Source: Blepharisma stoltei ATCC 30299
Lineage: Eukaryota; Protista; Ciliophora
DNA: 64,000 nt
NCBI GenBank assembly: GCA_965603825.1
Contig: CBFDEM010000030.1
Span: 310,001-374,000, forward strand
Direction of reading: 5' to 3'
Shown here one piece after another: positions 33,270 to 45,400 of this stretch (position 1 is the first letter of the stretch; every line of letters begins with the position of its first letter). The position numbers and the translations under genes were made by a program. The notes beneath the pieces were generated by a model. That model saw only the letters and a program-made list of their open reading frames with translations, ran no database searches and had not been told where the DNA came from.

Positions 33270-33896
33270 ATGAACACATATGGAGGATTTCCCACAAAAC
33301 AACAAGAAATTCTATATGGAAAGTTATCAGAATCTCTGATTTTGCTTTTGTCTCACTATATAATTCAAACCATAAAGCACTCCGAAATCAACCAAATTGA
33401 ATTTACAGAGAGGCTGCTATTAATTTTCCAGCAGATGAGTAAATTAGAAGCAAATAAGTATAGCCCTCCAAGATTATCAGAGTTTTTCCAAGATTTAGCT
33501 TTAATGGTGGCACCAAAGGAAGAAATACCAGCGAATGAGGAATATACAAGCATGGACTCCCCAACGACAAAAACTGATTCTGATATAATGGAGAGAAGCT
33601 ATATTTCGCCAAAATTTCACTCAAAGGAAACTAGCTTTACAAATAAGCGAGCAGGAAGGTCATTTAGCAACTCAAAGCTTGATAAAGATATAAAATTTGA
33701 ATCTCCTGTGAGAACTTATAAAGGCTGAGCCCAAGATTCAAGACCAAAAATACTGTCGAAATATCCTGGACTAGAGAAAACTGTCAATAAATATTTCCAT
33801 ATAAAAAAGCATCAGGAGCCGTCAAAATTTCACCAAAAAGTAAAAAAAAATTCTGAAAACGCTAAAGATATATACATTAGGTCGCCTTTATCGTAG
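33270..33896 (+). CDS. Hypothetical protein (208 aa)
   Basis: ORF continues through TGA 33726-33728 to TAG at 33894-33896; no recognisable motif. Confidence 0.6.
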
Positions 33897-34073
33897 CTAA
33901 AGCACATTTAGTCATCTAAGTTATTTTTCGCTAGTAATAGAGATTTTGATTAAATTATTATGTATATAAGAAATTTATGCTCTTGCACGAGAAGCAAACA
34001 TCAATGCTATAGATAAGAAAGATTTTCTTCAATCTCTTCTATATAAATGAAAACTGTAAAAATGCTCCAGCAT

Positions 34074-34156
34074 GGCTGTTTGCCCGAGTGGTTAAGGGGG
34101 CAGACTTAAGATCTGCTGGATCAACGTCCGCGTGGGTTCGAACCCCACAGCAGCCA
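34074..34156 (+). tRNA. tRNA-Leu (TAA)
   Basis: GGCTGTT/AGCAGCC acceptor stem, GCAGA-CTTAAGA-TCTGC anticodon arm, long variable arm, GTTCGAAC T-loop, followed by TTTT. Confidence 0.96.
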
Positions 34157-34592
34157 TTTTATATTTTTTTCTTTTAGATTTTATATAGATCTACTAAAAT
34201 AAAGAAGATTTATTCTTTTCTTAGATCTAGCTTTAATATTTGCTAATTCAAGTAAATCTTAAACCTATATAATATTTTATTAGCGATTTTATGAAGCTAT
34301 TTATGAATAATTAATATGGAGGGTATTGAATTTTATATATTTAGGGTTTTATTATTGAAATTGATTTAATTGTGATTTATTATTTAAGCAGAAGTATGCA
34401 ACTCAACAGGAAATAAAATATAATATTTTTTGTAAATAAATAGAGTCTGCTATTTTTTAAAAATTCATAAATTTATCTAAATAATTGCGATTATCATTAA
34501 TTTTGCCGATATTAGCTGTCTAAGGAAATTTCTAAATTCTTACATTTGGCTAAGTTAAAATCATGAAAATATAGACTAGAAAATTGTCATAT

Positions 34593-35318
34593 TTATAATC
34601 TATGATTAACTTGTATTTGGCTTAAGTCTAAAATTTCATCCGAATTTTCGTAGTCTTCAATTTTTCCTTTCTCAAATGCCTCCCATCATTTGAGCAAATC
34701 TGTGTTCCTAATAAAAATATCAAACCAAGGAGTTACCTTCAAATCTTTCCTATCAATAAACTGCTCAATCCCACTTCTATTGATCCACATGATATCATTA
34801 ACTTCTTCACTATTTATCACGGGCCGATTTTCATTTGAATATTTATCAGTCATCACAAAGAACACATAATCCATCTCATATTCGCCCCAATTTTGATCTG
34901 ACTGCGATTTATATAGAACTTTTGATAAAAATTTGAGAGATCGAGGGCACAGGTCAGTTCCGAGCTCAAATTTGGCTCTTTCTGTGGCTTCATCACAAAT
35001 TTCAAATATTGATCTCCCTACTATGGGATGGCTACAACAAGAATTGCTCCAGTAGAGAGGGAAAGTTACCTTTATGGAGCTTCTTTGTTGGAGAAGCAGC
35101 TCAAAGTTTTTGTTGAAAATTAAGAGTGAAAATGCTCGATGTGGAAGGGCATCATTGCTACAAATTCATTCCCAATTGTGAGCTGTGTACTTATCAATGG
35201 TTTTTATAAACTCATCTTGATCGTTGACTAGGAATAGTTGCTGCCTAAAAGTTTCGAGCTGTTTTGGGTCATAAACTTTGGATCCAAAGTGCCTAGTAAA
35301 TTGTAAAATTTTAAACAT
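34593..35318 (-). CDS. IDI1: Isopentenyl-diphosphate delta-isomerase type 1
   Basis: HRAFSLLIFN, LLLQQRS..KVTFP, WSNSCCSHP, WGEYEMDY, TPWF; TGA=W twice; ends NHRL-TAA. Confidence 0.93.
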
Positions 35319-35577
35319 AATAATTAGCTTTCAAAGCTGATTTATTATAATTAAGAGTGACGAACGATATATAAAAACCAGATTTTGAAATCTAAAAAGT
35401 TATAAATAGATTGAAATAGCAAGGTTACTATTATCAGCATTATTAGCGAATAAAATCATCAGGAATAGCATTTCAGCATCATCTGTCTGCTATTTGTCTC
35501 ATGAGCAATAAATATCTTACTAAGCCCTCTATTTTTTCAAATATTAAAAAATCAATCGTTTATAATTAAATCTTGAA

Positions 35578-36021
35578 ATGCTGAGCAGATCAGAGGAAGC
35601 TAAAGAGATTTTTGACATCCTTGATCGAGAGCATGCTGGTGCCATTGACATCAAAGAGCTAGGCAGAGGTCTAAGAGCGCAAGGTCTTAATCCTACTGAG
35701 GAAGAAGTTCAAAGTCTCATTAAAGAAGCCGAACAAGTCCCCATTGGTAAAATACAGTATATTGAATTTCAAAGGCTAACTGAAAAATGTCGTTCTACAA
35801 GTGCAACTAATCCTGAAGATGTAATGAAATTCTTCGAGACTTTTGACCCAAATCATGAAGGATTCGTTAATGCAAATGATATAAAAGCAGCATTATGCGG
35901 CTCAGGAGAAGCCTTGGAAGAAGCTGAGGTGGAAGCTGTGCTAAAAGATTTTGATAAAACAGGAACAGGAAGGATCGACTTAAGAGAGCTAATGGAAGGA
36001 CTATTCAAAGTAAGTCATTAA
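35578..36021 (+). CDS. Calmodulin-like / myosin light chain-like EF-hand protein
   Basis: KEIFDILD..LRAQGLNPTEEE, FETFDPNHEGFV, DKTGTGRIDLRE; 147 aa. Confidence 0.85.
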   Translation: MLSRSEEAKEIFDILDREHAGAIDIKELGRGLRAQGLNPTEEEVQSLIKEAEQVPIGKIQYIEFQRLTEKCRSTSATNPEDVMKFFETFDPNHEGFVNANDIKAALCGSGEALEEAEVEAVLKDFDKTGTGRIDLRELMEGLFKVSH

Positions 36022-36380
36022 TTTTGATTAAATAAATGTGTACTATGAATAATTAGTGCTGCCTTTAGCTAAAAGAGAGTTTGAAAAGCTAATTTAATCC
36101 GCATTAATTGGATTTATGCATCTAAAAGACTATTTTTATATAAATAGCGTCATGGTTTGGAAATACATGGGAAATTAAGTATTTTTACATTAATTTAAAT
36201 ATTAGATCAATTTTAATAGCTTTTTTGGTTTTTAAGAAATTTAATTTAAACTAAATAAATAAGACTTCATAATTCCTTGTTTCAGAGAAAGCTAGGTATG
36301 TTCTTACTGAGCAAGTAAATATTGCTTAATTAATTTTGAAATAATCTAATCTGTTATTAATAATGGTGCTATTGTAAATT

Positions 36381-38825
36381 TTATTCATCAAATGAGAGAA
36401 GTATGCTACTTAGTAGATCTAGATCCATATCTAATGGTTTATGCCCTAGTTCTTCCAATTTTCAGCTATAGTCTATTATTTTTGTTAAGCTCAGCCCAGT
36501 CAATTTTCCAATTTCCCTCAATATTTCTGGTCTGCTAAGCAATTGATTTTTATAATCAATTCCAAAAACTGCAAATACTTCACACTTCTTTTTTTTCTTC
36601 TTACCTTTTTTGCTTGTTTTACTTGAATTGCTTGAGTTGCTCTGAACTTCAATGGTTGCTTCCTTAGTAAATTTTAACATGGAAGGAATTGAGCTTGCCT
36701 GCAGCACAAATTCTTCAGTAGTTAATCCAGCTTCAATCTGGTCACTCATAATCGCCATAATAATCTTGAGTGCATCAATGCATCCCAATATTTCTTCTGG
36801 GTTCTGATACAAGTTATGATCAACATTCACTTTGAAAAAGTCCTGACATCTTTGCAGCAGTCCTTGGTTACGCCAAAAATAAATTTCTTGATTTTTACTG
36901 ATGTTAAGGAGCTTCCTTTTAATGTTTATTGTAATGTTTTCAGCTGTTTTTTTAATAGCACTTTCTCTTTCCTCGGGATTTCTACCTGTTGCTGTTTTCA
37001 GCTTAATTGCTTGATTTTTGATAGAGTTATTGTTTATTGTATTAATGCATATATCAAAAGCTGCGCTCAGGACGTTACCAAACATAGGGGCCATGCCAAT
37101 TATGTAGCTAATTATTGATGATCCTGGCCCTGAACTGTCCAAGGCAAGACTTCCTCCACAGATCACTTCTGCTTCTGCTATAACTGTATGCAGTTTATCA
37201 TACAATGCAGAATAATAAAGGTAAAGATAAGAATTCTGCAGAATTACAGGGTTGACTTTTAAGGCAGATACCTCAATTTCATTTTTCCCAACTTTATCTT
37301 GACTTAGCTTAGAGATCTCTTCATTATAATGATTTTTCAAATCCTCCATTTGTTTTTTCAAATCCTTAAGCTCATCCATCAGTTCTTTGGTTGGCTGGCT
37401 TACAAGATGACTTGCATTTCTTGGGTTGATTTTGTCAGCTAGCTTTTCAACAAGCTCAGCTTGCTTCTCTTTAATTTTTTCTACCTGTACAGAAACCAAA
37501 TGTTTAAAAACTGAGTTGCCTTTAATAAGGCTGCTATCAATTTGGATTTCTTCTTCAAATTTAATTGCATTGCTTTGTAATTTTCTAAGTTTTTCTAATA
37601 GTTTTGCTTGGTCGTTTCTTAAAGTTTTTCTGATGAAATCGAAGCTGCTTTTAGGAAGAGATTGCCTTAGATTATCTTGTTTAATAAGTTCTGATGCCAT
37701 TTTGAAGTCTTCTAACGCTGCTCTTTCATTTTTTAGCTCATTGTAGACTCGCCCTCTATTGCAGAAGCATAAGGCGTAGTCTGGGTTTAGTCTTATAGCA
37801 GTAGTGAAGCTTTCTATCGCTTCATTTAAAGCTCCCATGTTCATTAGAGCAATACCTTTCTCATTGTGGACTTCTGCATCATTTGGGTCCATATCAATTG
37901 CAATATTATAACTTTCTACTGCTTCTTGGTATTTTCCAGCCTTATTCATTGAAATTCCTCTGTTTATGTATGCAATTCTGTTGTCTGGCATTAGCCTTAT
38001 TGCTGTGTTAAAGCAGTTAATTGCAGAATCGTATTCTCCAAGCTCGTTAAGTGAATTAGCTTTATTTAAATAATTCTCAACAATATTTGAGTCAATTCTA
38101 ATAGCAGCATCATAGCAGTTGATAGCTTCGCGATGCATGTCTAAATTTTGCAGAGCATTACCTTTAGCAAAGTAAATATTGCCTCCATTAGGGTTCAAAT
38201 TTAACGCAGCATCATAAGATCTAACAGCTTCCTCATAATTTTCGCATTCTACGCAAGTCGCTGCTTTATTAATATGTGCATTAATATAGGCTGGACCTAA
38301 TTCTATTGCTCTATTATAACTTTCTATCGCTTCTTCATTTCTTTTGAGCTTTCTAAGAGCGTTTCCCCTGTAGTTGTATAAATTTTCTGAATCTGGGTAA
38401 ATTTTAATAGCTGAAGTATAGCACTTAACTTCCCCTTCATAATCTTCTAAGGCCTTATGGCAGTCGGCTTTATTGATATATGAATCTATTTTTTTGGGAT
38501 TAAGTTCTATAGCTGAAGCATAGGTATTTATTGCAGCTTCATAATTTTTGATTCTTTGCAAGCCCTGGGCCAGCAAACAGTAAGCTTCTTCACTTTTTGG
38601 ATTAAGGCTTACGGCTGTATGACAGCATTGGATTGATTCTTGATATTTTTTCATTCAGCTCAACGCGATTCCCTTGTGGTAGAAGGCTTCAGAACAGTTA
38701 GGATTACTATGAATAATCAAATTGCATAATTCGAGAGCTTGGGTGAAGTTTTTATCATTCAATAGCTTAGCTGATTGCTGAAGAAGATGACTTTCATTGG
38801 AGCTCTGATAACTTGATGGTTTCAT
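36381..38825 (-). CDS. Tetratricopeptide-repeat protein (about 10 TPRs) with coiled coil and unknown C-terminal domain (814 aa)
   Basis: Regular 34-aa TPRs (AYINRGI..EAVESYNIAIDMDP); extended at both ends through TGA=W to ATG 38825 and TAA 36381. Confidence 0.88.
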
Positions 38826-39175
38826 ATTTTTTTAAATGTCAGAGCAAATTAGATTTATCGTAAATAATATTTTCACATATAATTAGCGATTAATTAAGTA
38901 AAACTTTTGCTCTTAAGCATAATATGAAGTGTTTTTTAAATCATCAAATCCGTATAATTTAATTAGTTGTTATTCTTAAATCAACAACGATTCACCTATA
39001 AAATGGTATTAGGATTATCTTTCTTTTATAAAAAGGCTCTCAGTTATAGCTCTTTCTAAGCAAGCAAACTTAATCAGAGAAGCTTGAGACTGCTCAGAAA
39101 ATATCTTATACATCAAATAAAACAATTATGATTAGACCACATAAGATTATGAACCTCAAGCTATAGATTAAATAA

Positions 39176-41263
39176 TTAACTTGAATTTAATTTAGTTAGC
39201 TTCCTGATGTCCTTGAACAGATGTGCCCAGGAGGCCTGCTTATAGACATCTGGATAACTTTCTACTGTGTTTATTATGTTTTGGTAAACCTGTCCATCAG
39301 AAGTTCCAATTATCGAGCCTATCATCTTGTCTGGTGGAGCTACAGCTTCAATTATATTTATGCAATGATCACTAAGCTCTTTGCAAAGCTCAAGCTCAGT
39401 TTCCCTAACAATATCAGCCTGATTTGGAGTAATCGCAAACTCTAAATACGTAGCCAGGCTCTTTTCAATTCTTTCCACTATAAAGAGATGCAATAATTTT
39501 CTAAACGCTTTCCCAGTATTTTCACATTTTGCCAACACATCATCTGCCATAAATCTCAAGTTGTTTGCCATCACTCTTTCTCCATAAGCTTTACTTAACT
39601 CCTGCACATAGAAAACTTGTGTATTGTTCCAAGCATCTATGACTTCTGCATATTTCGCTGCATTTGTCTGCAATTTGTTGATGCATTTGTGGATCAAGTA
39701 GTTGACCCTGTATTCAAGGATTTCGAAAAGAAGCTTTTCGTTGAGGAGCTCTTCTTTGTTAGAGAAGTTTGCTTTGTAATTTTTAATATGGTCGAAATCT
39801 GGGTTTAAATATTGCAGGGTTGGACTTGTGACTTTTTGGCCTTTGTACATCCTTTGAATTTGTTTGAGAAGATATTTTCCAGTTTGCTGAGCGAGAACGG
39901 TGTTGTCGCCTTCCCAGGTGGAGTTTATATCTTGGTTGTTTAGTAAACGGCCAAGGGCTGAATGGGCGGAATATCCGTGACCTCCGCATGCTTCACGGCA
40001 TTCTTTTAGAGTAAGAGCAGAAAACTGTGTGGATAAGCCTTTAAGAGTAGATAAAAGAGCATGATATTCTTGAACTTCTTCACATTCTGGGTCGACTCTT
40101 GATTTTTGTCTGACAGATTTGAAATCAGAGAGCATCTGGTTTGCTGATGCTCGGATGGCAAAAAGCTTAGGCATATTGGAGATCAACCTGTACTGATGAG
40201 TTTGATAGTCTAAAATGGCTGATTCTTGTGTTTTGCTCCCAAATTGTTTTCTGACTGCTCCATATCTTAGTGCAATTGTTAGCCCATTTTTCATGGTATA
40301 CTCGGCAAGACTTATTGTCCCTATTCTTCCTCTTAGTATCCCTCCAAGCATCATTGCAAGTCTTTTATCATTGTTTTTTATATGGCTTTTGAATTTATTA
40401 TCAAGTGAAATTGAGCTGTGCTTATCTAGCAAGCAATCATAAGGAACTCTATAGTTTTTAAAAATTAAAAAGCCGTTATCAATACCATTTAGACTGTTCT
40501 TTTTTCCACAATCACCAATTACAACTCCAGGCAGAGGTTCATGTGTATTATAGTCTCTGATAGGGATTGCAAAGACATGGATTCCTCTATCAATTCCTTC
40601 TACTATGAGCCTAGCAAAAAGGGCGGTCATGTTTGAAGATTTAGCTACCCCACCAACCCACCATTTAGCGGATGTGGCTGTTGGAGAATTAATAATAAAT
40701 TCTCTAGTTGTATGGTCAAAAGTTGCTGTAGTCTCAAGCATTGAGACATTTGACCCGTGCCCCATTTCTGTCACAGAGAGAGAGCCATAGTCGTGGACTG
40801 CATAAACTCTATCAATAAGGTTCTTGTGCTTTTGAGTGCCTAAGGATTTTAAAGTATCTCCATAGAGACCGACAGAGACTGTCAGACGAGTTGCGACTGA
40901 CGCATCAAATTCTCCAAGAACATAGAAAACTTGAGTCGACCTTCATGGGTCTGCCTCGTCTAATTCTGGAGTTATATTCTGAGCAAGATAAATCTCTTGA
41001 ATTTGTCTGACAACAAGCTCTCTGAGCTGGTCAGTGGGCATGCCTACTTCTGCTTGGTGATCAAAAAGTTTACTTGAATTTATGAGTTGGCGAATTCTGA
41101 TCACTCCAGGAGTCATATCACGAAAATAGCTCTCAAGGATAGCAGAAGCGTTTAAAGGAGATCCGCGCTGCCTAAAAGTCTGAAGAGAATTATCATATGG
41201 AAGAGCAGGAAATTGTGATAGAAGGTGAGAGTTAATAAGGCTCAATCTATGTGATTTAGCCAT
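39176..41263 (-). CDS. Peroxisomal acyl-CoA oxidase with PTS2-like RLSLINSHL
   Basis: TEMGHGSNV..LETTATFD, KWWVGG, NGIDNG, CREACGGHGY, TWEGDNTVL; N-terminal ORF joined via TGA 40943-40945. Confidence 0.93.
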
Positions 41264-42495
41264 ATAAATTATTAAATTTCTTCACCAAGTCGACGGAGAT
41301 AATATGTCAATTTATTATTAAATCTTTAGAAAATATGTTGAGCCACGTGCACGCTTATTATTAGAGTCTGCTATACTCTTCCAATATTTTTCAAAATTTT
41401 TGTTGAAGTAAAAAATTAGCATTATTAATTTCTTTTTTTATAATACCAAATAAATATTTTGAAAATATAATATTTTCTTACTGTTTTAGATTTTTTATAC
41501 GTCATACACTTCTAATACTCCTCTTATTTATTATTTTGATCTGATCTTAATTATAATAATTATTAGTTTCAAATTTTAATATGAAGCTGATGCACAAAAA
41601 TCTCAATTATTTTATTCATTGCTGATAACTGTTTTGCTAAAGAAGGAACTTAAGCTTAATATTTAAGATTCTAGTTTACGATAACCAGCTGAAAGGTATA
41701 AAACCTATATGGCCGGAAGAAGATCCGAAATTATAAATCTCATGAATTAAATTGTTTAGCCTTATTAAGCTAGAGCAAGGAATCTCATTTTAAACTGATG
41801 TCTATTATTACTTACAAAAACACTTGAAAATTGGATAAAAAGTATAAGAATAAATCTTTACCTAAGATTGGACAAATATTTTATTCAATCAAATTTAATT
41901 GAAAGATGATATAAAATTATAATCTTGAACACAAGATATTGGATGCCAATAAAATTCAGAGCTAGCTAATTATTTCCAAAGTCTTAAAGAATTTGATAAA
42001 TCTGCTCAAGAAAGAAAATTATTCTTAAATCCATAAATTATCTTCATATTTAAGACATAAATTTCCAGAAACTAAGTTGTAGCAATAAATATCTTATTTC
42101 AGATTCACTTATGCTAATAAATTAATTCCTGCTTTTTCTTTGCTTTAATGCTATTCTACTAACCAAATCTACGAATTAGATTTTCAAAATTAAAAACTTT
42201 TGCATTTTTGAGAGAAATCAAATAAAATGACAGATAATCATTATTTCAAAAGAAGTAAGCTTAATAATATCGTAATCATGTATCATTTAAAATTGATATA
42301 AAATGCTGCAGTATTTAATTAAGATAATTAGTAAATATAGATTTACTGACGAGAAAGAATTAAGTTCATTTTTATGCAAGCTAAGAGATGAGCTCTGCTT
42401 AATTAACTAAAAAATAATTATTGGTATTTATACTAATCTTAATGGGATGAAAACATTTGCTATTTGTCTAATAAATTAATTTATATAAGAAGTGA

Positions 42496-45400
42496 ATGAA
42501 AGCGTTATGTTTCAATTTGCTCCTAACAGTGGCTTTTTGTCAGCACACGCTTAATTGCGATGTAGGTAGAAATTGAGAGCCAAAGGTGGTCCCGAATTTT
42601 CATCCAGGAAGAGAGCTCGCTTCAGGCTTAGCAAGAGGTTCCACCTTACAATCCATTCGACTTCATTTCGAGTATATGGATTTATCTATGACAGACAGCC
42701 AAGAAAGTCTTCTCAAAGGCACAGTTATGTCAGCTGTCAATAATTGATTCACAAACCTCCTGTCAGTTTATCCTCTGCAGTCAAACTTAAAGTTGAGCAT
42801 TTCGAAATGCAATAGTGTGACTGTCCCATCAAGCCATCAAACAACAGGAGTAGCAGCAGATTATATTTTATATATTTACGGCAACACAACTACAGCAACT
42901 TATATTGCTAGAGGAGGTGCTTGCACTTATGACAGTGGGAATAATAACGTTTTAGCAGGGACGTTTGAAGTCAATATTGCCAATTTTTTTGGCTCAGGGA
43001 CTCAAGATAATATTATTAATTCTATACATGAAGTGACCCATGCTCTGGTGTTTTCAAGCTCTTTATATAGCTTGTACAAACAGTCTGATGGGACTAAATA
43101 CTCAAGCTACCAACAAACTGTTAATTACCCAAACCGTGGCAAAAGTGTTACGGCTTTGACTTTTCCTACTGTTTTAGCAAAAGCGCAGAGTGCATTTGGC
43201 TGCAGCACTTTGGTAGGACTTGAGCTAGAAGATGCAGGAGGCTCTGGATCGGCTGGATCCCACTGAGACATGAGAGTGATGCCACATGATTATATGTCTC
43301 CTTCTTTTTCTTACTTCTCAGTCTTATCTGATATTACTTCAGCTATGTTTCAAGACTCAGGCTGGTATACTGTCAACTGAGATTATCCTCAAAGCATCAT
43401 ATGAGGCAAAAATCAAGGCTGCTCATGGTTTGAAAATAAATGCATAGATAATGGAGTAGCCCAATTTCCAGGATTTTGCACGAATTTAAAAAGCAGTGGC
43501 TGCGATGTCTTTCGTTTATCTGAGGCTTCTTGCTATAAGGGGTCTTATTCAAGCATTCCTTCTTATGAGCAGTATTATAGCGACAGCACGATAGGAGGTG
43601 CTTCACAGTTTGTGGATTTTTGCACTTATATGTATCCTTATACTAATCGCTTTTGCCAGAATACCACAGCTTCGAGTAGCTATAAATATTATGGGGAAGC
43701 CTTAGGGTTTACCAGCAGATGTGTTGAGTCGACATTGCTTAGCAAGAGCTACGTTTTTACAGAAAAATTAAAAGGAAATTGCTACCCAGTAGCAAGCTGC
43801 ACATCAGATGCAGCCTATTTAACTGTTGGCACTCAGACAATTAAATGCCCCTTTACAGGAGGAAATGTGACGATCTCAGGGTATAATGGAGTTCTCATAT
43901 GTCCAGCTTCCAGCATTTTGTGCGATGCAGTCCCTTGCTTAAACGCTTGCTATGGTCAAGGAATCTGTAAGTCAGGAATATGCACTTGCAATGCAGGCTA
44001 CGGAGGTAATGATTGCTCAATCGAGTGCGACCCTACTTGCAAAAATTGCAATGGAAGTGGCTCAACCAGCTGCACTTCATGCTATTCAACAGCTACAGTT
44101 ACCAATGGAGCTTGTGCTTGTCCATCTGGCAGCACATGGGATCAGAATTCGTTAAGCTGCCAATCAACCTTGACATGTGCAAGCCAATGCTCGACATGCA
44201 CAGCCTCAAGCCTATATGCTTGTAACTCCTGCAACTCCAATTATTATCTTTTTCTAGGGACCTGCACCCAAGCTTGCCCATTCGGATATACCGCTTCAAA
44301 TAGTCAATGCAGTGAGAGCTCTAATCCGAATGTTTATAAAGCTGCCTTTTACGCATGGAATAACACATATTCAAGCGAGAATTCAGCAGTCTCTCTATAT
44401 TTTGGAAGCTCTAACAGCTTTATGCCAACTCCGGACTCTTATGATCCAACCCTATCATACTCAAGAGGAGTTTATTTTAAATCCAGTTCATATGCCTCAC
44501 TTCCACCTAACAGTGTGAGCTCTACGCCTATTCTTTTGTCGCCTGTTCATTCAGCTGAAGTGTGAATAAACCCAGATAAGGTTACATCTGAACAGTGCAT
44601 AGTCTCCAAGTACAATGGTGATCCTTTAATAGAATTCAAACTAGCTTCAAATCTTTTAAGAGTCAAAATAGCGCTAACATCGACAGCGGATTATTCTTTG
44701 GATACAAAGCTATGTGATGGATTAAGTGCATCTGCGCAATCTTGGCAGTGGGCAGCTTACAAAATATCATATTCGTCAAGTTCTCTTACAACTACTCTCA
44801 CTTTATACTTAAATGCAGGCACATTTACCTGCACCTACAGCTCATATATCTTTATTGATTCCACCAGTTCCAGCAGCAATGCATTTTTAATTGGGAGTGG
44901 GTATCAAGCTTATAAATATACTGAAGGTTTTCAAGGATTTTTAGGTTCAGTATATATCACAAACCAAAATAGTTATGTCCCTATCACCCCAAGCTCATCT
45001 TGCATCAGAGACAATTTGTGCCTTTCTTCTTGCACTTTTTCGCAATACGTAAAAGATAGCAGCTGTGGAAGTTGCCTTTCCTCTTGCTCAAATGGATGCA
45101 CAAATGCTTATAATTGTTTGTCAAATGTAAATAGCCTCTGCACTGGCTTTACTAACTTTACAACTTGTACTTCATGCAATACGGGGTCATATTTATCAGG
45201 CAGCACTTGTGTTTGCATTCAGTATTCAAGTTTTGATGCATCATCAAATACATGCTTATGCAATTCTGGGTATACTTATGTATCTCAAGGATATTGTGCT
45301 GTCTGTGGAAATTATTTTAATACATATGAAATTTCTGCCTACTTTTCCCAGGATTATTTAAGCCTGATCTTGGATTTTTCAAGAAAAGTAAAATCAGAGA

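Noticed and set aside
39403-39410. CCCTAACA, a Blepharisma-type telomere unit
   Set aside because: Single copy inside the ACOX coding sequence; expected by chance
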